From: Azolla caroliniana
Taxonomy: Eukaryota; Plantae; Polypodiophyta
Reading direction: 5' to 3'
DNA: 64,000 nt
Assembly: GCA_043228905.1 (NCBI GenBank)
Contig: JBHGNT010000005.1
Span: forward strand, 15,748,001 to 15,812,000
Made by a program: the position numbers and the translations under genes. Of this stretch, positions 34,541 through 46,432 are shown in pieces. The stretch's first letter is position 1, and the number at the start of each line of letters is the position of its first letter. The notes beneath the pieces were generated by a model, which ran no database searches, was not told the origin of the DNA, and saw nothing but the letters and a program-made list of their open reading frames with translations.

Positions 34541-36728
34541 CAGAGAGAGAGAGAGAGACGAGCATAGATAAAAGATAGAGACAATGTATGATTCAAGAAA
34601 GAAGATTGAGACAAAGTATGATTCTAGAAAGAAGATTGAGACAAAGTATGATTCAAAGAACAAGAGTATATGATATAAACATGATGTATATTAAAAATAT
34701 AATATTTTACCAACTTTACAATCCTTGATCGCAAGATGAATCTTTTCAATGCCGACCCTTGATTTGAACCCTCGACCTCAACTTTGAAACGAGAGGTTCT
34801 CCACCCAATGAGCTAGTCTTCTTCAATTGATTGTATTATTTTTTTACTCTCTCTTGATTCCTTGATTCCCTTTTGTTTTCCTTTCCTCTCCTTTTATAAG
34901 TATTTCCATGCATATGGTAATGTCATGCATGTAATGCATGAGTTACATCTGATGCATGATCGCCATTTGGCGCACATGCATTGCATGTGATGTATGATAG
35001 CCATCATGCTCATTTGAGCTCCCATGTATTGGGATAAGTATAATGATGGATATAACCCTAAAACAAATAACCTAGCTTAGTGGTGTATGGTTTGTGCTTG
35101 ATATACAAGGTTGAGGGTTCAAGTCCCTCAATTTTACTTAATACAATATATAGCTTCATTCTTATATCATGAAGCACATTTATTATACACTTTTACAAAT
35201 AAATAGCCTAGCCTAGTGGTATGTACATTGTACATTGTATATAAGGATGTGGGTTCAAGTCTCTCAAATATTATTAAATAAAACATTTAAGCTCATTTTT
35301 ATATCGTGAAGCACATTCTTCACGACAACGCACTGTGGCGTTGCCCGAGGGCACTATGCCAGGGACGCTACGGCAAGAATGATATGGCACAACGGGCTAT
35401 GGTGGCCGACGACACTGAAGGACTCGGTTCGGTACGCGAAAGTTTGTGATTTATGTCAACGAATGGGCCAACCAACAGAACAGGCAAGGATGCCTCACCA
35501 GTCGGTGTCATGAAAATCTGTCACTATGTGCGGATTGCGAGGCGGAACCGACGGGGTTCTGGACTAGAAGGATTTAGTGCAACACGTACAACACAAGCAA
35601 AATTCGCATATAAGACGAGTAGATGGGAGACAACGTTTGTTTATAGTATAAGAAAATAGATTCTTTTATAATTTGAGAATTTTGTGACAATGGGTTGGAG
35701 ATGAAAATGAGAGATAAATTTTTTAAAGAAAGGAGCCAACAACCATATAAGGAGTGGTCCAATATGAATATGAGACATTATTCTTGAAAGGAAGGAGCCA
35801 ACAACCATGTAAGGAGTGGTCCGATATCAATATGAAAGAGATTTCTTCCCCAAGGAATGGGAGAGAGAAGAAGAAGGAAAAAAAAAAAACCTAGAGGGAA
35901 AAAATGGAACATATATCGAGCTCTTTGTTGATCCTCTTTCGCAATGTTACTTTGCATGTCCACTTTTAGTTGCGTGGCCTCTATTTTTATTTGCATGGCC
36001 TCTACTTTTAGTTGCATGCCTTTTACTTTTAGTTGCATGGCCTTGGCTTTTAATTGCATGCGACAGTCCGTATAATTCGGCCAAATGACCCAATCATCCA
36101 TAAAGTTTAGCCTGTGCGCAATCCGTATGTGCGTCGCAGCCAAACCGTAGACACATCCGCGCGCAAAAGTCTCGACCACGCAGTGTACGGGATAAGAAAA
36201 TAGATGAGAGAGAACGTTTGTTTATAGCATAAGAAAATAGATTCTTTTATAATTCAAGAATTTTGTTACAACGGGTTGGAGATGAAAATGAGAGATAAAA
36301 TTTTTAAAGAAAGGAGCCAACAACCATATAAGGAGTGGTCCAATATGAATATGAGAGATTATTCTTGAAAGGAAGCAGCCAACAACCATGTAAGAAGTGG
36401 TTCGATATCAATATGAAAGAGATTTCTTCCCTAAGGAATGGGAGAGAGAAGAAGAAGGGAAAAAAAAACCTAGAGGTAAAAAATGGAACATATATCGAGC
36501 TCTTTGTTGATCCTCTTTCGCAATGTTACTTTGCATGTCCACTTTTAGTTGCATGCCCTCTATTTTTAGTTGGATGACCTCTACTTTTAGTTACATGCTT
36601 CCATTTTAGTTGCATGCCTTTTACTTTTAGTTGCATGGCCTTGGCTTTTAGTTGCATGCAACCGTCCGTATAATTCGGCCAAACGACCCAATCATCCATA
36701 AAGTTTAGCCCGTGCGCAATCCGTACGT

Positions 36729-37450
36729 TGTCGTGAAGATTTTCGTCCACAAGCGGAAACCCGAGCAACGAGAGCCAAAGAGTGATGTGCAATGTTGCGC
36801 ACGTACATAATGTATTTGTAATAGTAATAAGGGTAAGGTGTATGGTGCTAGAAATGCCCCATAGGATCCCTAAGATATAAAGGTGATGTGGTCTTGTGTG
36901 CACATCCACGCGAGAGAGAGAGAGAGAGGTACTATGCGGTACATAGGTACCTAGTTGTTTGTGTGGAGGTGGGAGTTAAGGGGCCATTATTCTCACCCTC
37001 CCCAAAATCAAGGCAAATATCCCCTTTGAATGAAAGGGGATATTTTAGTCTCACTTTTGTAAACGGTCTTCCCTCCTTGTGCTATAAAAGGAGAGGGAAG
37101 GCACCATTGTGGGGGTTGCCTATTTTTGGTGTTCGAGGTATACCACATAGGTCGAGCGTTAGGGTTAGGGTTAGGGTTCTTTATCTTTATCTTCATCTTC
37201 GTCGGTTAGGGTTTCGAGTAGTCGTTTGGTGCGGCCTATGCGGCCACCATTTTGTAATTGTTCATTTCGTTTTAATACATCTTGTTGATCATCTTGTCTC
37301 CATCTTCCTCTTGTTCGATCTAATCTCTTGTTCATTCTTCTTCTTCTTGAGCAAAGCTTCCATTCCATGTCCAATTCCTTCTCCTCTACTCCTTAGTCCA
37401 AGACCCCCGTGGTCCCGCCCTTCTCCACGTACGCACGTAACAACACGACA
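36729..37450. mobile_element. Solo LTR (722 bp) inside the 3' LTR of H
   Basis: TGTCGTG...CACGACA termini, perfect 4-bp TSD ACGT (36725-36728 / 37451-37454). Confidence 0.9.
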
Positions 37451-38135
37451 ACGTGCATCGCAACCAAACCGTAGACGCGTCCGCGCGCAAAAGTCTCGAC
37501 CGCACAATGTACGCACGCGCGCATCCTGACCACACCGTCCAACCGCACCGTGTATGCATCCACACACGCGCGTTCGCACACACGCATCTCACGAGGCCGT
37601 GCACGTGTATGCCCGAAACTTGCACAAGCGCATACGTCCGAAATGGTCCACGCTGCACACGCGTGTCTACACACACGCATCCCACGAGGCCGTGCACGCG
37701 TACGCCTGAAACTTGCACAGGCGCGTACATCCGAAAACATCCACACGGCCGTGCACACGCGCGTACATCCGAAACGTCCACACCGCCGTGCACATGCGCG
37801 TACGCCCGAAACGTGCACACCACACAATGTAGACCAAGTCACCTTGAACAATCTATGCTCCACACATTGATATAATGAATATGTTTTGGTTTCCCTTATA
37901 TATCCTAGGTTCCAATGTTGTCCTATCTATGTGGGATAGCTCACCGTTTTTTTTTCTCTTTTTTTTTCTTCAAACTTCACACTCACATAACTTGATACTT
38001 GTTTATCTGTTTCATGCGTAGTAAAATACGCTATCAAGCTCTTGAAGACATCTATCTTTCCATATGAATACATTAAGCTAATCTTAAATAATTGTTTTAC
38101 TAGTTTTCATATCGTGTGTGAAAATCCACACGACA

Positions 38136-41100
38136 TTCACCCCCACCAAACCTGCGCATCCACCGATATGTGCCAATTGTGGTGAGGTTCCTCTTTTAAT
38201 TACTCTTTTCCAAACTCAATGTTCGAGGCTATATCATTCGGACCTTCGATCTCAAGATTTGGGGCCTCTCTTCTCTTAAAGATCTTGATTCTTTTTCCTG
38301 TAATTGGCAAAGCAAGTCGAGTTCCATCCAACTCTACTAAAAAATAGGTTGCATTGCTTTCTATTTTCTTGAGCATATACGGGCCAAACCATCGTTTTGC
38401 GAACTTTCGAGTAGTGCTATATTGATTATCGAGACTACTATCATACACAAGAACCCAATCTCCTTCTTCAATTTTTCTTTGTCGAAGACGATGCTTTCTA
38501 TCAAAAGTTTCCTTATTCTTCAATCGAGCTTGGCGCAATCGTTCTATTGCCAACTCGACATCTTCGGGCCTCCGTTCTAGTTGTTGAATCCTCGCGGCTA
38601 GCAACTTCTCGACTCATTTCCTCTTGCCATGGCAAAGATTTCCACGAAGCAACAATTTGCTCGATAGGCATTATTGGTTTTTGCCCTAATATGAGCTCGG
38701 CCGGCATATATCCTGTAGTCGTGCTATGTGTAGTTTTATCAGCACACAATCCATAAGGTAGTAATCGTGGCCAATTCCCCATCTTGCCGTCGCAAGCCTT
38801 TGCTAGAGCTTTTACAATCGGACTATGTCCTCGTTCCACCTTCCCATTTGCGTCCGGGTTGTATGCCATGGTGAGCTATCTAGTTTGACGCCTATTCTTG
38901 AAAAGACTTCTTTAGCTTCATTTGCATCTAATTCTCCCCTATCAACTACTATTTTGCCAACACATCTGTATCGACAAATAACATCTTCAAGGAGAAACTT
39001 ACAAACCGCCGAAGTTGTTTTATTCCTTAGAGCCCGTCCTTTAGCTTGGTTGGTGAGATCCTCTCTTGCTAGCACGATATACTTCATTTGCCCCAATCCC
39101 ATCGGCATAACCACTATTCCTCTTGCCATGGCAAAGATGTCCACGAAGCAACACTTTGCTCGATAGGCATTATTGGTTTTTGCCCTAATATGAGCTCGGC
39201 CGGCATATATCCTGTAGTCGTGCTATGTGTAGTTTTATCAGCACACAATGCATAAGGTAGTAATCGTGGCCAATTCCCCATCTTGACGTCGCAAGCCTTT
39301 GCTAGAGCTTTTACAATCGGACTATGTCCTCGTTCCACCTTCCCATTTGCGTCCGGGTTGTATGCCATGGTGAGCTATCTAGTTTGACGCCTATTCTTGA
39401 AAAGACTTCTTTAGCTTCATTTGCATCTAATTCTCCCCTATCAACTACTATTTTGCCAACACATCTGTATCGACAAATAACATCTTCAAGGAGAAACTTA
39501 CAAACCGCCGAAGTTGTTTTATTCCTTAGAGCCCGTCCTTCAGCTTGGTTGGTGAGATCCTCTCTTGCTAGCACGAGATACTTCATTTGCCCCAATCCCA
39601 TCGGCATAACCACTATTCCTCTTGCCATGGCAAAGATGTCCACGAAGCAACACTTTGCTCGATAGGCATTATTGGTTTTTGCCCTAATATGAGCTCGGCC
39701 GGCATATATCCTGTAGTCGTGCTATGTGTAGTTTTATCAGCACACAATGCATAAGGTAGTAATCGTGGCCAATTCCCCATCTTGACGTCGCAAGCCTTTG
39801 CTAGAGCTTTTACAATCGGACTATGTCCTCGTTCCACCTTCCCATTTGCGTCCGGGTTGTATGCCATGGTGAGCTATCTAGTTTGACGCCTATTCTTGAA
39901 AAGACTTCTTTAGCTTCATTTGCATCTAATTCTCCCCTATCAACTACTATTTTGCCAACACATCTGTATCGACAAATAACATCTTCAAGGAGAAACTTAC
40001 AAACCGCCGAAGTTGTTTTATTCCTTAGAGCCCGTCCTTTAGCTTGGTTGGTGAGATCCTCTCTTGCTAGCACGAGATACTTCATTTGCCCCAATCCCAT
40101 CGGCATAACCACTATTCCTCTTGCCATGGCAAAGATGTCCACGAAGCAACACTTTGCTCGATAGGCATTATTGGTTTTTGCCCTAATATGAGCTCGGCCG
40201 GCATATATCCTGTAGTCGTGCTATGTGTAGTTTTATCAGCACACAATGCATAAGGTAGTAATCGTGGCCAATTCCCCATCTTGACGTCGCAAGCCTTTGC
40301 TAGAGCTTTTACAATCGGACTATGTCCTCGTTCCACCTTCCCATTTGCGTCCGGGTTGTATGCCATGGTGAGCTATCTAGTTTGACGCCTATTCTTGAAA
40401 AGACTTCTTTAGCTTCATTTGCATCTAATTCTCCCCTATCAACTACTATTTTGCCAACACATATGTATCGACAAATAACATCTTCAAGGAGAAACTTACA
40501 AACCGCCGAAGTTGTTTTATTCCTTAGAGCCCGTCCTTCAGCTTGGTTGGTGAGATCCTCTCTTGCTAGCACGAGATACTTCATTTGCCCCAATCCCATC
40601 GGCATAACCACTATTCCTCTTGCCATGGCAAAGATGTCCACGAAGCAACACTTTGCTCGATAGGCATTATTGGCTTTTTCCCTAATATGAGCTCGGCCGG
40701 GATATATCCTGTAGTCGTGCTATGTGTAGTTTTATCAGCACACAATGCATAAGGTAGTAATCGTGGCCAATTCCCCATCTTGACGTCGCAAGCCTTTGCT
40801 AGAGCTTTTACAATCGGACTATGTCCTCGTTCCACCTTCCCATTTGCGTCCGGGTTGTATGCCATGGTGAGCTATCTAGTTTGACGCCTATTCTTGAAAA
40901 AAATTCTTTAGCTTCATTTGTATCTAATTCTCCCCTATCAACTACTATTTTGCCAACACATCTGTATCGACAAATAACATCTTCAAGGAGAAACTTACAA
41001 ACCGCCGAAGTTGTTTTATTCCTTAGAGCCCGTCCTTCTACTTGGTTGGTGAGATCCTCTCTTGCTAGCACGAGATACTTCATTTGCCCCAATCCCATCG

Positions 41101-44100
41101 GCATAACCACTATGTCTACCAACTACTTATAGTGCATTGATAATGGATATGTCGAATGAAGTTCATCCCTATGTTGAATATTCGAGTATAATTGGCATTG
41201 CTCACATGTTTCAGCATAACTTCCTACATCTTTGTAAACACCCGGCCACTAATACTTCTCCTTGAGCTTTGCAAATGTTGCCCATATACCTCGATGACCT
41301 GCCCACACACTATCATGAAATTCAACAATTAGTGTTTGTTGATCTTGTTTCTTGCACACCACTCGAAGTGGAATTCCATTCTTCTTCTTTGGAAACTTCC
41401 ATAGATGTCCTTCTTTGAGGAAGAACTTTTAGGCCTTCTTCCTAATTCGGTAGAAGTCTTCCTTTGACCATGATTCATCCTTTGTAAGAGAGCTTAAGTA
41501 CTTGCCAATTTCAACGAATTCACCTTCATAATCTTCTACTTTAAACACGGCAAGCACCCAAGCACAAGAAACTGTAAAGAAGTTTAGGCCAACATCTTCT
41601 TCGTCGGAGTGCAAATCTTCTTCACCCTCATACCTTGCCCTTGATAACATATCGGCCACCACATTATGCTTCCCATTTATATGTCGAATCTCAGGATTGA
41701 GGGACTTGATACAGGCAATCCATCGCAGCATAGCAATATCCAGTGTAGCACAACCGGATATCATTCCAAGAATAGGTAGACAATCAATCTCGATTATGAC
41801 CTCTGATCCGATAAGGTAGTCATGATCGGTTTTAACCGCGAATACTATTCCCCATAGCTCTCTCTTTACTTGGGCATACTTCCTTTGTCTTTCGGTTAAC
41901 ACCTTTGCACCGAATCGGATTGCATACTGATTCTTTTCTTTGTCTTCTTGGTTTATCACCCATCCAATTCCGGTTGGGCTTGTATCCACCGTCACATATA
42001 TCGGGTTGACCGAATGCAGACTTCTCTCCCAAAAACGTGAGATTTGCATCCTCAAGCTTTTGCAATGCCTTCTCGCTATCCTTTATATGATCAATGACGA
42101 ATCTTCGGCAACCATCTTCATCTTTCGATTCATCTTTTTCTTCCACCAAGCATCCTTTGATTGGAATATCATCTAAGAAGTGCATTGTGATATCAGGGAT
42201 ACAATCCCTCAACACTTTGTTCATGGCATTCACCATGTGGGCTACAGAATTTGTTGCACCTTGGGGTAAGGTGCACATCCTTACCTACTCGATCGGCGTC
42301 CTCATTGTCATTATGTCTCTACTATCGACTGCCAATTGAAATTGATCATAGCCCGAGTAGAGATCACCAATGGAATAGATGGATCTTCCCGCGAAGGCTT
42401 CGACAAATTCATCCACACTTGGACCAATTCCTGCATTTCGGATCGTCACCTTGTTGACGGGTTGGAGTAGGGAGCATTGGAAGGCTCAAGTATTCCCATC
42501 CTAACCTTTTCCTTTAGAAGCTCAATCAACTTCGGAATGTGAGCTCTTGGAACTGATATTGGCTTGAGGTTCCAAGGTACATGTGGAACCGTAAAAATCA
42601 CCATTGGCTCTATCATCTTTGGGTCGACACATCCGATCTCTTGTGGAGAGATGGCAAAGGCTTTCCCATGTCTCTCAAGCATTCCGCGGAACATTCTCTA
42701 CTCTTCAAGGAGAAGGAAATCTTCTCTTCCAACTTGTAGCTTCCCTTTCGTCTCTTTGGTGAAGACATGACCTATTGCCTTTGGATCAATTAAGCTCGGA
42801 TCATTAGCAACTTCCTTCATCTTCTGCCAGCTATCTTCCGGTAGCGGAACCGCAACTGGCTTGATCTTCTTATCCACCATTTTATATTTTGTGTTGACTT
42901 CAGCTTCCTCCATCAAGATGCCTCGATGATATTCATCGATGATAGCGTACATGTTGACGGAGTTAACTGAAATCACATTTTGATCGTGAGGGTAGCTCAA
43001 GTCCACGACTTCCTCGATTTCGCCGATGGTGTCGTTAAATGAGGCTTCCTCTAGAATATGAGACACGAATTCTTCTTCTTCGATTATGCTTTCTTCTTTC
43101 AGCATCTTCTCAAAGTCTTGTATCTAACGCTTGTCCTTCTTGTTGAGTAGTATTAGTTTACATGCGCCACTAGGTGTCACACATGTTGCTTCTCCTTGCG
43201 ATCCACTTATTTTGCTTCCTTGTGGGGACTTATGATTGCTCGGACTATTTGTGCCCCACTTTTCAATAGTCCACTCTAAAAAACCGAGGATTCGCCTCCA
43301 AGGCTATCTTGGTTCCTTTCGTGATTAGCCCGCACCATAAGGAATTGAACAGATCTTTGATTGTCAAGGCTCTTGACTCGCGCGAAGGCCGCTCCATTAT
43401 CGAACACCTTAGTCTCCATCCGGACGTTGTGATATATGGTTGTCCTAGGATGACGGGATGTGAAGCCGATTCTTGCACAAAGACGTGTTGATCCATCTCC
43501 ACATCTCTGATCGTGACTTTAACATTAAGGCAAGCTCCGTACAGGTCTTCCGTGGCCTTCGTTGCCGCTCGTATCTTCCATCCGTGGTTTGTGTTGATCG
43601 GCGATCTTTCTTTCTTGTAGAATTCGGTCGACATGAGGTTGATCTCCGAACCATGGTCAATCAAGGCTACCACGGTCTCTTTCTTCTCTCCGATCTTCAC
43701 CGGTGTCTCCATTGTCGCTCTTGCCCAACGAGGCCGAGAGTAATGGTTGTCCGCCATCACTTCTTCTTCCACCTCCTCTTCCGATCTTGCCATGGTTATG
43801 GCACTTGCTTTCACCTCCTCTTCATCCGATTGTTGCCTCTTTTGCTTAATCAAGTCCACAATAGTATCGTGGAACTCCTTCTTAGCGATTCCAACTAGCT
43901 CTCTCAAAGTAAGGCCGACATAACTATCTAAAACCTTCTCCTCAAGGACCTTCCGCAAGTTGGTTGTTTGTTCTATGTCCAACCTTAGCTTGTAAGTTGG
44001 CGCCACTCGTTCTTTTCCTTTCTTCACATATTCATCAACTTCCATCCGAGAAGGTTGGCTTGATCCACCAGGCTTCATGCTTGTTTCTCCTATCTCTTTT

Positions 44101-45457
44101 CGTGGCATAGGTTGGGCTTGTCCTTCTTTCCCTGCATTCCTCGTATTGTGATGCTTTGATGTGCCATCTTCTTCACTGGTTCTTTTCCTCTTCTCTTCAA
44201 CAAGAGCTTCATAGTTGTCACACACAACCTCCGCAAAGCTCGTATTATCGTCAACTGGATCCGACCATCCGGTAACTCGTCGCACATTTCGATCAACATG
44301 TTTTAGATCCTCCAAATCTATTTTTCCTTTCTTTTCGCACTCGAATACCGTTCGCCAAAACCCAGATCCCGGCTTGATCGTCTTTAGATTCTCTCTTCCG
44401 ACTCGTATTCCCGCTGATGCGGCATAGTGCATGGCTTCCACATGCCTTGCATCTTCCTCTTCCACGATCTTTTTCAGCCCGCCTCTTCCGAAGTTCACTC
44501 TTAGTGGCTTTCGGGTCTCGCTCGAGTGGATCATGTTTCCATCCAAATAGACGACGTTCTTGCGAATTGCGTCTTGCAAGCCAGTGCACTCCCTTCGCGA
44601 GTGCTTGAAGTTATCTCACCACACACATCTATACGCTTCTTTTCCCTTCGGCCCGCATTGACCTAAGTTGGCCAACGATACCGCTTCAAACTTCTTGGAG
44701 AGCTCTTCGATTATAGATTCCTCCATCGCTTCTTGTCAAAATTGTTGATCGGCTTGTTAGACTCGATCGTCACAGGTGCCTTCCTCCTCCACGATTGTGG
44801 ATTCTCCATATCAATTTCCTCTTTCCATTGTCAATGCTTATCAAGACAGCTACAAGCCTTCTTCACCGCCGCCCAGTCCGCTACCAAGCCATTTGGTTGT
44901 GTTTCATCCTCCAAAATGTTACCCAATTCACGCCGATCTTTCACATCCACTGCCTTTAGGAATAGTAGGACTTTATCTCCATCGAGAACTCGTTGATCAG
45001 CACTCGGAAGTAGGTTATACTCCTGGTCGAATTCGGCATATACTCCAAACGCACACATATTCTTCCCTTTCTTCTCAATCCAAGAAATTAGCGTATGTCG
45101 AGTCATCTGTGATGCGTCTTCAAGCATGTATTCAGCGAGAAGTGCCTTTTTGAACTCCACCCAAGTTACTTGCTTGTTTTGGATCTCCATGATGCGCTCG
45201 CGGATCCCTAGTTCCATCACACGTTTGAAGCTAGAAATTTGTTTGAGATCATTGGCATCCCTTTGTTGCATCTCGTTCCGATAGGTAGCAAGAAAATCCG
45301 TGATGTTTTTGCCACCAAATCATCCAGCTATTTCGACCGTACGATCAACAACTTTGTCGATTAAAGCTTCTCGATCTCTCACCTTCAGCATGTATTCCAC
45401 TACGGACACCATGCCTTTCGTTATTTCCTCTCCTTGAGTTCCGCATGTGGAAGCCAT
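38136..45457 (-). pseudogene. gag-PR and pol pseudogene of H
   Basis: Fragments homologous to G (ALIDHGSEIN, LPQGATNS, YAQVKRELWG, WFGPY) with stops and frameshifts. Confidence 0.92.
38618..41112 (-). repeat. Tandem array of 5 x 499 bp derived from the integrase core of H
   Basis: Units start at 38618, 39117, 39616, 40115 and 40614; near-identical ORFs repeat with period 499. Confidence 0.97.
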
Positions 45458-46432
45458 CGTTGCACTTAATATCCTCCCTACCACCTCTTTCACGTCAGGT
45501 TCACCACTTAATTATGTCGTGTAAATTCCTCACTATGTGCGGATCGCGAGGCGGAACCGTCGGGGTTCTGGACTAGAAGGATTTAGTGCAACACGTACAA
45601 CACAAGCAAAATTCACATATAAGATGAGTAGATGAGAGAGAATGTTTGTTTATAGCATAAGAAAATAGATTCTTTTATAATTCAAGAATTTTGTTACAAC
45701 GGGTTTGTTGTTCGCCGGAATAGTAACCGACGGACAAAAGCGTAGGAATAAGAAACTATATAAGAGCATAACGCATGTAAAGGTTCACGCAGGAAGCGTG
45801 AACGGCTAATTAGACCCTGCATATATAAAGGGCAGAAAACCTCTTATGGAGGTGCGTGTAATTTTGGGAATGTAAAGAACGCCTGATAATAGAATTCTAT
45901 CTTCTCTGATTTTCTGTGTATAGCTGCGGCTAATTCAGTGTCAGTGTCTCGGATACTTAAGCGTGGTAGTACGTAAGTGTAACCTTTGATAGGGATTCGG
46001 TTGTAGCCGTCTTCCCTTATACGTGGAGAGGTTACAGGGGTTCTCCCCTTACCCATTACGCTTAATCCCCTGTTCATTGTTCCACACCCACCTTGAGGTC
46101 TAGGTCGAAGGACTAACCACGGACCGTGTTCCTAAACGGCAACACTTTTGGCATGCTTGGTGATCTGTGTTTCCTCACAAACAAGCAACAATGAATGGAT
46201 GTTTAGCCGCAGACGACCCAGAGAACCAACACGACAAGACCGGCCAATAACAAGGTTCGTCACACGCTAGGCAGAAGAACGCACACGGCAAAAGCCGCGC
46301 ATCAGCGACCTCAGTACTACCTGCCGTGAGTGCAAAGGGGATTCTTCGCTCCCCAAATACCTCGACGAGACGCGGGGACCACGCTCACCACAGCCACCCT
46401 GTGACCTTTCCCGATCCGCGGTAGCTCCCACT

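Larger units (their letters stand above)
27795..35327 (-). mobile_element. Full-length Ty3/gypsy element G (tRNA-Trp primed), intact and young
   Basis: LTRs 34358-35327 and 27795-28756 almost identical; 4-bp TSD GCGC/ACGC restores host codons L-R-E-A-H-C-G; PPT (rc) 28757-28768; two open ORFs. Confidence 0.96.

Noticed and set aside
35778-36909. ORFs with heptad-like QLKVEAM repeats (also 55595-55972)
   Set aside because: Translation of 21-bp tandem repeats inside LTRs; ends differ between copies
37386-37875. Overlapping R/H/V/C-rich ORFs on both strands (also 55965-56479, 50459-50995)
   Set aside because: Stop-poor CG-rich tandem repeats in LTRs
38618-41112. Possible CRISPR-like or multi-gene array
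   Set aside because: Units are fully repeated integrase fragments with no unique spacers
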